Shown in pieces: positions 12,941 to 25,035 of a stretch of DNA of 64,000 nucleotides (position 1 is its first letter; the number at the start of each line of letters is the position of its first letter). Location: positions 141,918,001 through 141,982,000 of the forward strand of contig NC_042999.1 of NCBI RefSeq assembly GCF_006345805.1, in the 5' to 3' direction. This DNA is from Octopus sinensis. Taxonomy: Eukaryota. The notes beneath the pieces were generated by a model, which did not search any database, had not been told where the DNA came from, and saw nothing but the letters and a program-made list of their open reading frames with translations. Position numbers and translations under genes: made by a program.

Positions 12941-13121
12941 TCATTCCCTGTCTGATGAAGTCGTAGTTCTTCCACAATCAACTATACCAGCTGTTCAGAA
13001 AGAGAAACGTACTTTAGTTGTACCAAATCACCAAGTAGCAGTAATGTCCAATCTATTCTCTATGTGGAAAGTTGGGCGTTTGTGTGACTCGTATATTAGT
13101 AATGGTACCACAAATGTAATG
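12941..13121 (+). CDS. Unit 1 exon 3: BTB/POZ N-terminal half
   Basis: Acceptor TTTAAAG|T completes the phase-2 codon. HSLSDEVVV...VPNHQVAVMSNLFSMWKVGRLCDSYISNGTTNVM; donor ATG|GTATGT (phase 0). Confidence 0.9.
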
Positions 13122-13861
13122 GTATGTATGTTATAATTGTTTATCCCTTTTACTCAGTATAAAATTTACATTTTACAATACTAATGAATCATTAAAGATA
13201 TATTTATAATATTGGTACAGTAAAATAAGCTGGTATAATTTAATATGTCAGAATTCTGATCTAGTTCAAAAAAGAAAGTTATGGATGTCTATGTCATTGA
13301 AATAACATGTTGACGGAAAGATCAGTAGTTCAAAATACTATCTAGTGTCTCTTAAGTCTCAATGACAATTTTCAGTTAGATGTCATTAGAAGATGCAAGT
13401 GCCACAAGTAGTAAGTATACTGTGTAATAAATAACTTGTTGTTCTGAGTCTAAATCTTCTTATTGGTAAAACATGCAAAAGAATAACATTCCTATCCAAT
13501 ACTGGAAAATATCTGTGATTTCAAATCTGAGTAAAATTGCTGCATACTTTACCTACTACTTGGGATGTTTCTCAGCCAGACAATATACACAAGTATTTAT
13601 GTGGTAGGATCTAACTGAAATTAAATTTAAGTTCCATTTCTTAAATGCTCTTCTCTCGGTTTTGTCAATATCAATGATGGATCAACTAGAAAGATGCACA
13701 TCATTCATGTTGAAAGGTTGAATAGCCTTTTGTATATTGTTGTTGACTTTTAACTGGTCAGATGAACTGAATCTTTAAAAAATGTGTGCATTGTAGAGAA
13801 TTTCAAATAGCATTTAGCAATATATAAAGCATGTTTTTACCACATTTATTTTATCTTTCAG

Positions 13862-14899
13862 GTTCATAAAATGGTTTTGGGAGCTGTGTGTCCAAAAGTA
13901 TTGCCCATTCTATATAACACCTCAAGTAGTTTGTTTCCTAAAGTGACATTTCCAAGTTCAGTCAGTAAAGAAGCACTTTTAGCATTTGCAGAATACATGT
14001 ACAGTGGTGTGTTAGATCTGAATGAAGATATTCTAGTGCAGCTGAAAACTATTGGTGAGAGATTAGATATGAAAGATTTTGAACAACTTTGTAGTAATGA
14101 ATTGAACAAAGCTAAGACTAAAGATATTTTATCAGCTGTGGTGGAACCTTTGTTGGCAGAACCTTGTTCTTTATCAGGATTACTCCCTTCCAGAACACAT
14201 GGAGACTCTAATGAGGTTCAGAACTCTATGTTAATGAAGATACTTGGAAATATTTACAGCAATAATAGCATGCAAACTGATGTTCCTGTTACCATTGCAT
14301 CAACATCTGCATCCAGTTCTTCTTCTGTTTCTGATGTAAGGTCTGCAGAAAATATGGCTACAGACCAGATTGTTGATATCAAAACTGAAGTGGAATCAGA
14401 AATAGAGCCTGCAACAAACCACAACTCTCTACAATTAAAAATGGAACCGTGTAGTCCTGGTGAAAATCAATATAGTATTCAAGAAGAATTATTCATGGAT
14501 ATTAGCAACATTACTTCCAATAATAATCTTCATCTAACACCTGGTACCAGTGCCACTTCTGGAAATATCATCAATAACCAGTATAGAAATGATCTAAATA
14601 TGGATTCCAATGATATCATCAATATATCTGATATCCCTCAATCTGAAGAGACTTGTTTATCCCAGCATACTGAAGATTGTGATAAAGATACTGATAATCA
14701 GAAAGAACTACAGTTAATTTCAGTAACATCTGCCACAGGGAATATAAGTGAAGACAGTCTCAGTAATAATTCTGATTTGATAGAGATCTCCAGTACCATA
14801 TGTACAGAACCCCCACCAACATCAAATTCTAGACCATACCCTGTAAGTTTATTTTCTGTGAATGGCAGTAAAATTCCAACTACATTACCAGATAGCTGA
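13862..14899 (+). CDS. Unit 1 terminal exon: BTB C-half plus disordered S/N/T-rich tail
   Basis: Acceptor TCTTTCAG|GTT. VHKMVLGAVCP...EALLAFAEYMYSGVLDL...LDMKDFEQLC is typical of BTB; stop TGA ends at 14899. Spliced CDS totals 2205 nt. Confidence 0.9.
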   Translation, partial: VHKMVLGAVCPKVLPILYNTSSSLFPKVTFPSSVSKEALLAFAEYMYSGVLDLNEDILVQLKTIGERLDMKDFEQLCSNELNKAKTKDILSAVVEPLLAEPCSLSGLLPSRTHGDSNEVQNSMLMKILGNIYSNNSMQTDVPVTIASTSASSSSSVSDVRSAENMATDQIVDIKTEVESEIEPATNHNSLQLKMEPCSPGENQYSIQEELFMDISNITSNNNLHLTPGTSATSGNIINNQYRNDLNMDSNDIINISDIPQSEETCLSQHTEDCDKDTDNQKELQLISVTSATGNISEDSLSNNSDLIEISSTICTEPPPTSNSRPYPVSLFSVNGSKIPTTLPDS

Positions 14900-15894
14900 A
14901 CATATTTGTTGGATCTGTTCCCGATTTAATAGGTTTGTGTTTCATTTTCTTCCAGTACTCTATTGTATTTATTAAGAGTTCTTATATAATGAGCAAGAAA
15001 TCTAACTTCATCATCTCAAAAAATTAGAAAAGTCTATTTTTTCTTTAACAAAGTAGGAAATTGTTTATTAGAAATGATTAAAAATGATATATATATGTTA
15101 GATTTGATGCATGTACATTAGATTTGGTGTAAAATTGTAACTTTTCACACTGTTAAACTTCTGTTATTATCTTAAATTTATTAATATTGATGCAGGTGTG
15201 TCTGTTCCCGCCTACATAGTTTAGAATCCAGTCCCACTGTGTGGAACCTTGGGAAAGTATCTTCTACTATAAGTCTTGGGCCAACCAAATCGTGTGAGTG
15301 GCTTTCATAGGCAGAAACTGAAAGAAGGCCCATCATGCATGTGTATGTAATATATAGTTAAGAAGTACGCTTTCCAACCAGATGATTTCAGGTTTAGTCT
15401 CAATGCATGGGACCTTGGGCAAGTGTCTTCTACTATAGCTCCAGGCCAACTGAAGCATTGTGAGTTGATTTGGGAGATAGAATTTGAAAGAAGCCTATCT
15501 TGTTTGTGTGTATTTATTTTCTAAAATCTCTCATCACTCAATGGCTTAATTTTTGTGTGTGTGTATGTTTGCATCTCCTTTTTTTTGGACATAACATGAT
15601 AGCTGTAAATAAATATCACTGTTATACAAGCAATATTCTGTGAAAACATGTCTGACCATGGGGAAAATATTACCTTGCTTGGTAACAGGTGAGGGTTGGT
15701 GACTGAAAGGGCATCCAACCATAGAAAATCTGCCTCAGTAAACTCTTTTCAACTCGTGTGAGCATGGAAAAGTGGATGTTAAAATATTGATGATTGATTG
15801 ACGATGATATGTATATACATATATGTGTATGTATGTATATCTATATAGGTATGTGTGTATATATGTATGTATTTGTATATATTATACATATATA

Positions 15895-16111
15895 TGAGAG
15901 GGTGCTGAAAAATTCCTGGCTTTGGGTAAAATAAAATACAGGCAGATCAATTAATTATGATTTTATTCAACATATTCCCCTCTCAGATTTACACACTTAT
16001 TGCAGCAGCCCTTCAGTTTTTCTAAGCTCTGTAAAAGAACTTGGAAGATTGGGCCTCCAACTAGGCCTTTCACAAAACCCTTAGAGGCAGGAACTTTTCA
16101 GCACCACCTTG
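15895..16111. mobile_element. Mariner-type MITE
   Basis: TIRs GGTGCTGAAAAATTCCTG / CAGGAACTTTTCAGCACC flanked by TA. Confidence 0.7.
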
Positions 16112-19100
16112 TATGTCTGTGTATATTTCTGTGTCCTTGTTTTGACATCATGTAATAGCTGTAAGTGATTGTCACTATCATCAAGCCATGTCATTAATTT
16201 TCAATATTCTGTGAAATGTTTGACCATGGGGAAATATTACTTTGCTTGGAAACAGGTGAGGGTTGGTGATAACAGCATCTGCCTCAGTAAACTCCATTTG
16301 ATCTGTGCACACATGGACAAGTGGACATTAAAACAATGATGGTGACACTGGTGATGATAGTTTTTAGAGGAAGTTGTCAGAAACTTACTTCTGTCATTTC
16401 CAATTTACATTGTTCAATTATTAAGACTCATTATGTTATCTCATTATTGGTTTCAAATTTTGGCACAGGGCCAGAAATTTCAGAGGAGAGTGTAAGTCAG
16501 TTACATCAACCCCAATATGCAACATCATTATCATCAACATTTCACATCCATTTTCCATGCTGGCATGAATTGAACAGCTTGACAAGAACTGGCAAGACCA
16601 GGGGCTGCACCAGGTTCCATAGTCTGTTTTGGTTTGGTTCATACACATGGATGCCCTTCCTTACACCAACATCTCCATAGTGTACTGGGTGCTTTTGAAT
16701 GTAAATTTGGAAGAAATGCTTGGTGCGGTAACTATTCTGCTAGCTCACAGCCCTTTAAAGTTATCTAATTATTAAAACTTATTTTCTAAACATTCCTCAT
16801 CATTTGTTGACTTAATTTTTATTACTTATCAATATTAAAATTTGTATTGATATATTCTTTATATCTACAATCTTATACAATACAAAGCTAGTATAGAAAA
16901 TAGATTAATTTGCTTGTACTTTCCAAAAAAATGAATAAGATGTTTTAATTGTTCATGGAATATGTGTAATATATTATTGAGACAGAAAAAAGAAATGTTA
17001 AACTCATTTATTTGTTTACATTAGTCATTTAATTTCCCTACTAATAATTATATCTAATATGGCTTTTCTATATAAGGCAACAAGCTGGCAGAATCGTTAG
17101 CATACCAAACAAGATGCTTTGTGGCATTTCATCTATCTTTATGTTCTGAGTTCAAATTCCACCTTTTATCCTTGGGGTTGATAAAATGATTACCAGTTGA
17201 ACATGAGGGTTGACTTACACTGTCCCTTGAAATTACTGGCCGTGAGCCAAAATTTGAAACCAATATGACTTTTCTATTTATAATGTTTCAGTATAATAAA
17301 GTATCACGCATTTTATGATTTTTACTGCAACAATTCAGAACATCATAGCATTTTTTTAATTAACTTATTTCAGATTTCATTAAAAAGCTAAAAACATTTG
17401 ATAACCATTTAGTATTGTCTGTTAAAGTTTACATTTGTTTACTTAAGGTATTTTATGCTCACAGGTTTCTGTTTTAATTGCAGAGTGACCAAAACTAGCA
17501 AACGCTACATAGAAGTATTTGAAGATAATAACCCAGTGTATGTAATGAACAGAGTCATTTAAAAACAGCTGAACTTCCCATTCTTGCATTTCTGCTGTGT
17601 GACTTGTTGATTTCAGATGTTTCTGAGATGTAGTTTTGTTGCGGTCAGGATTATAAATTTCCTGTACAATGAGATTTTTGGTGATAACTTCTGTTTGGAA
17701 ATTCTTTTCTTTTTTTTATGTTCTGAGAGAACTGTACAAGAAGAATGTTTTTCCTAGAGTTAACTGTAATATCTCGTATATGATGGTATGTATATGTTAT
17801 GCTACCAAGAAAATTGAGTACCAGTTCAGAGTAACTTTGTGCGTTGTTATTACTCAGTCATTTGAGTGCAAATTTTATAAAGCAATACACTACAGTTTTT
17901 GCTGAGAAAGCATAGAATTGTTCATTATGTATCATTAAAAACTATGACACCTGTCTTTCCATACCATCTTCAAATGATCTCTTTCTGTACCATCTTCAAA
18001 AGATCTCTTCAGAATGTGTTTAACAGCATTATTCATTAGGAGTGAAGAACAAATACTGAGAAAATAAATCAACAAAACCAATGATGATTTACCATAATTT
18101 CTGGGGAACTCTCCCCACTTCCCCCACAAAAAGCAATAACATGAACTGAAAGGAAAATGGAATAAAGGTGTAAATTCTTATGCCAGATTGCCTGAAAAGC
18201 AATTTTTCATAACATTTATTTTCCACTGTGATAGACAATGTTGATAAAACATATTTCTAAAATGATATAGTTTGCTTTGAATTTGTGTGAAGGCATCAAC
18301 ATTTCAAAATACATTTATATTTTATATCTCCGGTGACACCACTGTCTTTGCTTATCATTAGACACATGAATCACTTCCTAAAAACGTTTCATTCAATGTT
18401 TCAGAAATTGGCAGTATTTAAAACTAAGATACTTGCATTCATTTGTTACATTTTACAAAAAAAGTTATCACGAGATCTGTAGTGTCACAAGATTTCCAAC
18501 ATTCATCGCCAATATTCAAATTTCAAACTGCAAATTTTGCTCATATTTATTTGGGTGGGAAATTATTGACTAGGAAAGTCAAAATCGTAAAACAAGGGAT
18601 GTAACTCTAACATAGCTTTCTTTTTAGATCGCTGTCCAGTACGACGACTGACTACAATTAGATTTCTCCATTTTACATGACAGCTAAAATTGTGTCTATT
18701 TTATCTATTCTATTTAACATATTTTTAAAGAACCGCGAAGTTTTATTTGTGAAACAGTTTACGATTTTGTTGTATCTGTAGAAATTAAATTAAAACAAAA
18801 TTGTGGGTAATGTTTATTTGTTGTTATGGATTTATTAGAATTTAACTTCTGAAGATAAAACTCTATTTTTAGTTGTGTATTTAATTATTCCCGTTTTATT
18901 TCTAGACTTTTTTTCCTTTTTAATTATATGTGCTCATTTATCGTTCTGCAAAACAATTCAATATCTTCCAGCTACTACAATTTTCTTTGCTCTATTCATC
19001 ATAATAATCTTTGTCATTATTATTTATGTAATTAATATTTGAGAAAGATATGAATTCCACTAATTACATTCCCCTTCTCTTCTGTAAATATGAAGCTGTG

Positions 19101-19539
19101 TTAAATAAGGAATCGATATTGATTTAAAATAGTAGATATATATATGTGACAGATTGTAATACAAAATTCAATGTTTCATTGATCTTGAAGGTTTCTATGG
19201 CATGGCAGTCATGCCCAAACAATTATTAAGTTTGTTTTGTCATTGGTGATAAGTAACAATATTCTTATTGAACTTGTTGATGTAGCTGTAAATAGATATC
19301 AGCCGTTGCACACTGCAAAAACCTCTACACAAGTATTTCACTAGCTAAAAGTGGTGTTAAGTTCAAAGTCTTACAGTCTAGACAAAGATTTTTTGCAAAA
19401 TTTTCTAAATCAAGTGGCATAAGCATGAGTTGAAACTACTCATACTATCTTCATTAAAATAAAAGTAAGGACCAACCATATAACAATTATGAATAAACTA
19501 TCAATTGACTCTATTTTGCTTCATTTATTATAAATTCTG

Positions 19540-19845
19540 TGGTGGAGGCACATAGCCTAGTTGTTAGAGCAGCAGACTCACGGACAAGGGATCATGGGTT
19601 CGAATCTCAGGCAATATGTGTTTTTATGAGTGAAACACCTAAGCTCCACACAGCTCTGGCAGAAGATAATGGCAAACTTCTGCTGACTCTTTCGCCGCAA
19701 CTTTCTCTCACTCTTTGCTCCTGCATCTAGCAGCTCACCTGTGATGGACTGGTGTTCTGTCCAGGTGGGGAACCTGTACATAAATGAAACCAGGAAACCG
19801 GCCTTATGAGCCAGGCATGGCTTGAGAAGGAACAAACAACAACAT
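19540..19845 (+). mobile_element. tRNA-derived SINE (V-domain-like body)
   Basis: A-box-like TAGCCTAGTTG and B-box GGTTCGAATC; body CCTGTGATGGACTGGTGTTCTGTCCAGG; (AAC)n tail. Confidence 0.7.
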
Positions 19846-20227
19846 TATAAATTCAGTGGTTTGAAAATTTGGGGGTATCACTACTCTTCATTTAATTAAC
19901 TCCTCTCTAGTAACCATTACACTGTCCTCCATATATGAAAAATCTATATGATAATACAAGAATATTCAAAGCGGTTATAATTAACAGTAATTTAACATCT
20001 TCAAATTACTGACCGTACTCATGAAGTCCATTAACCAGTAAAAGAATAAAATAACATGTTAATCAATATAATTGTTTTCAGACTATATTGCACTGCACAT
20101 TAGCATCATATAGTCTGTTTTTCACTCTTGAAAAAATTCCTTTCTTACCAACAATGTTTTTCACTCTTGAAAAAATTCCTTTCTTACCAACAGACTACTG
20201 TTTGAAGGATGCAGTCATTAAGCTTCC

Positions 20228-20667
20228 GCTGCCTAGGCAACCAAGTCTGTAGTGGGGGTGGTTGTTCTGAGAGTGTAGTGGCTAGAATAAGATAGCCTGA
20301 GCAAAGTTCAAGGGGCTCCTACCTCTGCTGGCAACTAAGTGCCTCTTGCTCAGGTTGAAATGTAACCTATATGATGCATGTGTGTGAACTGCCATGCTAC
20401 ATGGCAGTGAAACATGGGCCATGACTGCTGAGGACATGCGTAGGCTTGAAAGAAATGAAGCTAGTATGATCCACTGGATGTGTAATGTCAGTGTGCATAC
20501 ATGACAGTGTAAGTGCCCTGAGAGAAAAGTTGGGTATAAGAAGCATCAAATGTGGTGTGCAGAGAGACAACCGTGCTGGTATGGTCATGTGTTACATATG
20601 GATGACAGCTGTGTGAGGAAGTGCCACTCTCTAACTGTGGAAGGAACCAGTGGAAGCGGTAAACCCA
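20228..20667 (+). mobile_element. RTE LINE fragment
   Basis: Homologous to the 4400-4900 and 33280-33700 copies (GCAAAGTTCA..., CATGGCAGTGAAACATGGG). Confidence 0.85.
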
Positions 20668-20854
20668 ATATTAATTTTTAAATCTTATGGAAGAATAGCT
20701 TATTGAGAATTCGGCTATGCAAAGGTGATTTCATCATAATGAATTCTTCAGTTATGTTGCAACAGCCTAGTCAGTTGTGGTGTCACCAGCATCTGATCAA
20801 CAATAATTTTTAAATTACCTTCTCTATTTCAATATAGAGCATCCTGTAAATCAG

Positions 20855-21060
20855 TGAGCTGGCAGAAACATTAGCAAACCGGGTGAACTGCTTAGTGGTA
20901 TTTCGTTTGTCTTTACACTCTGAGTTCAAATTCCGCTGAGGTCGACTTTGCCTTTCATCCTTTTGGAGTCGATAAATTAAGTACCAGTTGCATACTGGGG
21001 TCGATTTAATTGACTGGCCGCCTCCCCAAAAATTTTGGGCCTTGTGCCTAGAGTAGAAAC
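20855..21060 (+). mobile_element. Abundant SINE family; related copies at ~17085-17260 and ~30760-30950
   Basis: GGCAGAAACATTAGCA...TTCTGAGTTCAAATTCCGC...TAAGTACCAGTTG...GGGGTCGAT recurs in the window. Confidence 0.7.
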
Positions 21061-21567
21061 GAGTATAGAGCATCCTGTATTTTCTTTTAAAAATCTAAAA
21101 AGTATATTTTTTTACATCAGTTTAATATTAAATGCTTTTTCCAACAAATTTAAAATGAAAAAAAATTACTTATAAGTATTCTCTAGGGGAAGGGAATGAA
21201 CAGTAAAAGTCTATACTATATTAAAATCCCTTTTCAGAATAAAATAATTTGATTCCTTAAAATAGTTGTATTCTTTTAAGCACCATCCAAGAATTTTATT
21301 ATCCTACATATGTAGATCAAACTCTTAGGAGATTATGACTGAGAACTCTGTTCACATTATGTGCACAGTGATGTACTTGTGTGAATCTGTAAGCAGCTCT
21401 CTTTTGTTAAGACCAAATCTAAGAAATCCAGTCAGAATTGTGGTCACAATCAACAAGAAAGTTCTGTTTTGATGAAGTCATAAATGAGAAGCACAAACAT
21501 CTTTGTTTTCATTTCAACTTAATGTGTCAAAAGTAATTTTTTGTTTTAGTTCAATTTGTTTATAGTA

Positions 21568-21934
21568 TACTAGCAGTATCGCCCGGCGTTGCTCGGGTTT
21601 GTAAGGGAAATAACTATAAAGCATTTTTAGAGAGTTATAGCAAAAAATTGGAAAAAAAATTTTGGTAAATTTATTTTTGAGAGTTAAAAAGGTGGAGTTG
21701 CGTCCCCATGACAGTCTGTGGTTTGTGTTTCTGATTCTCGACCCCATGTCGAATTTATCGATTTTTTTCAGAACTGGGGGAACTTTTCAAAATTTTCGCT
21801 GCGTTAGTTTTGAATTATGACATTGGGCTATGTGTGTGTCAAGTTTCATCAGAATCGGTTGAAAGCCGTGGTCAGGGTGAGGGTACAACCTAACAGACAC
21901 ACAGACAAACTGCCGTTTATATAGAGAGAGAGAT
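21568..21934 (+). mobile_element. Putative non-autonomous Helitron/Helentron-like element
   Basis: Starts ACTAGCAGTATCGCCCGGCGTTGCTCGGG and ends ACAGACAAACTGCCGTTTATATAGAGAG, a layout resembling DINE/Lep1-like elements. Family assignment is from recall. Confidence 0.5.
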
Positions 21935-21959
21935 GTTGTTCAAGTAAAAAAAAAAAAAA

Positions 21960-23130
21960 AGGGTTAATCTCTAGTCACACCAGTTACAAAAATGAAAGAA
22001 ATAGTGTAAAACAATGTGTAGTAAATGAATATGAAAAAAATGCACGCTGATCAATGAGAAGACTTGGAAAATTTCTCTGTAAATTCTCCGTCCTCTCCCT
22101 ACCCCACCCCGTTCATTGGCACAATTTTTTAAAAATCATATTCGTTTACTACACATTATTTTACACCTGTTACCCTATTTTTTTTTCTTCATTTTTGAGA
22201 CTGAGAAGTGGACGATCTGGTAACCTAACTTTGACACCCAGCCACCAGAAAAAAAAAACAAAAAACAAGTATAATAGGTGTAAAATGTATACTAAATGAA
22301 TATGGAAAAAATGCGCACTCACGATGTGGTGGATGGGGAGAGGACTCGGAAAATTCGCACAATCAAACTCACAGGATCCAAAACCCCAACTTTAACACCC
22401 GGTCACAAAAATGAATAAAAAACATAGGATAATAGGTGTATTCAATTATAGCCTCATCGTAGACTCATTGGTCGGCCCTAGGCTATAGTTGAAGACACTT
22501 GCCCAAGGTGCCACTGAACCTGGAACCATGTGGTTGGGAAGCAAGCTTCTTATCACACACTCTTTAAAAGATATCCATTTTCCTGACATTTATGAGGGAA
22601 ACAATCATGTGCATTTACTTCCTTCATATTTGTTTACTACACATTGTTTTACATCTATTACACTATTTTTTTCTTTCATTTTTGTGACCAGGTGTTAAAG
22701 TTGGGTTTTTGGAACCTGTGAGTTTGATCGTGTGAATTTTCCGAGTTCTCTCCCCACCCACCCCTTCATTAGCGCCCATTTGCTTTTTGTTTTTTTCATA
22801 TTCGTTTAGTACACATTATTTTACACCTATTACACTTGTTTTTTTCTTTTTTGGAGGCCGGATGTCGAAATCAGGTTACCAGATCGTGTGAATTTTCCGG
22901 GTCCTCCAAGACCACAAAAAATGAAAAAAAAGTAGTGTAATAGGTATTGAACAATGTGTAGCAAACAAATATGAAAAAAAAATTACACCAACGAAAATTC
23001 ACATCAAGAATTTTCCAAGTCCTCTCCTCACTCCTTGTTCGTCAGCACACATTTTTTTTTTCATATTCGTTTACTACACATTGTTTTACACCTATTACAC
23101 TATTTTTTTTCATTTTTGTGACTGGGTGTT
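21960..23130. repeat. Composite direct/inverted ~130-bp repeat cluster (foldback-like)
   Basis: AAATAGTGTAA..CAATGTGTAGTAAA..AATATGAAAAAA and its reverse complement alternate several times; the cluster is interrupted by a SINE fragment at ~22440-22560. Confidence 0.65.
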
Positions 23131-23992
23131 AAACTAGAGATTAACCATAGAAAAAAGTATATTAGTACCTAGAAAATTGACTTTTCCTTACCTGCCAATA
23201 CAACATAAAAAATTGAAAAATTGTATATATCTGTTGGTGAAATGAACAAATTTAAATTGTACGACAATGAATCACATTGGATAGTAACATTATAGTTTGT
23301 AAATCTTGGGTACAGAGGAGCAAATATTACATAGTGGTGGTAAATAACAAATGCTTCAAAACATTAGCAGCTAAGTACTGATAGATATCGGGAAAGTTTA
23401 TAATGGAATGATAGAAATTTTGGTGCTAATGCAGAATCACACCTCTTCTGGAAGAAAAAAAAAAAGATTCCTGCATTTTAGATGTCGGAGATTACGAATA
23501 TGGAATAAAATTTTGAATGTCTTCCTGGGGATAAAAACAACAGGAACACCATCCCCTATAGGGCCGCCATATTTAGATGGCAAATATATTTTATGTATAA
23601 ACGGATAGGGATAAATAGATAGACAAATAAATAAATGGATGGAAAAGTACAAAATTTAAAATTGGGGGAGGGGGTAAAATTTGAGCCCCCTATTAAACTT
23701 TATATCATGAATTATTAAACATATTGTTTGTTTCTCATAAAATGGTGTATATTTAATTTACATTTAATTAGTTACAATTAAGGCAAACATAAGTAAAACA
23801 CATTCTTTTCACTTTAATGTTTTTGTCTGTATTTAATTTTGATTTGTCAATTCACTACAATCTCTTTAAAGTAAACAAAATCAAAATTTTAAATTCGGGG
23901 GGGAGTGAAATTTAAAAAAAAACATGAAATATACAAGGACAGCAAAAGAAAGCCAAGATGACTATCTGTGGTAGTCAACCTACTAATAGTAG

Positions 23993-24026
<34 letters not shown>

Positions 24027-24400
24027 CCTCTGGCAAAGAAAAAAGGGGGTGGGGGAAATTAAAATTGTGAAAACGGGTTTCGTCGTTTAGCTGCTGTTTC
24101 TAGCATGTCGTGTTTTCTGTTTTGATACTTTTTGCGTCTGCTATTTTAGTAGGAGGGGAGGGGTATTTATTTTTTGAAAAATTGTAATTTGACAAAATTT
24201 TTTTTTCAGAATCATAATCTCCGTATTTTTCAACGTACTTCTCCCCCCCCCCAATTTTTTTAATGTGAAAAATTGGCGGGGGGGGGGTACAATTTTGAAA
24301 TGCCGATTATTTTGGCAGATACGGAATCTCAGCAGTCGAAAAGGTGGGTTTCTGTAGAAAAAGAAAAACAAAAAAATAAAAATAACCGAAAACTGAATCT

Positions 24401-24804
24401 GGATCTTTTCAGTTTGACCGGCAGTTTTTTAAAATAATTTCCACGTAACCAAACACTTATAAACTTCGTATACTGGTAGAATGTGTTTATAAAACATCTT
24501 TTTCTCTTGGCTTTATTGAGAAAATTCTATAGCTAGTAAGATATTTGTTGTTGTTTTTTCTTCAATTTCAACAAATCAATGACGTCTATTGAGGTGAAAA
24601 CTTTCTGTGCCGTATGAATATGTCCCTCGTTTAAGAAACAGATTGGGTTTATTTACATTTCTGAAGAAAAAAAAAATTACCCTTCCCCCACCCCTAACCC
24701 TAAAACAGATTGAAATGCAATAGATCGATACTAAGGTCATAATTATGGGTGACAATTTCATATGACACCGCTAGAAAAAACTGCCGTTCAAACCGAAAAG
24801 ATCC
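24401..24804. mobile_element. MITE
   Basis: TIRs GGATCTTTTCAGTTTGACCGGCAGTTTTTT / AAAAAACTGCCGTTCAAACCGAAAAGATCC. Confidence 0.8.
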
Positions 24805-24935
24805 CTGGTTCTGTTTGATAAGGTACAAATCTGGACGAGCATTTATTTTATTTTATTACCATGAAAAATAAGCTCAGAAATGCATCAATTCCGATTTCGA
24901 AACGTGTTTACTCACGACGAACAGCGTTGAATGGT

Positions 24936-25035
24936 ACTTCCGGAAAAAGGTCACTTCCTGAGATGTACTTAAACCATGAAGTGAGAACAGAGCTAACGCT
25001 GATTTTGGAGTCTCATATTTTATAAACTGGTGAGA
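24936..25035 (+). promoter_or_regulatory. Candidate TATA-less promoter / non-coding first exon for unit 2
   Basis: Tandem ETS-like sites ACTTCCGG (24936) and ACTTCCTG (24953) in a CpG-containing patch, followed by a G|GTGAGA donor at 25030. Inference only. Confidence 0.25.

Noticed and set aside
17400-18130. Possible hAT transposase remnant on the minus strand (QKHLKSTSH...W)
   Set aside because: The match is too short and degenerate to support a call.
19540-19615. Possible tRNA gene
   Set aside because: A and B boxes are present, but there is no convincing cloverleaf and the sequence continues into a SINE body.
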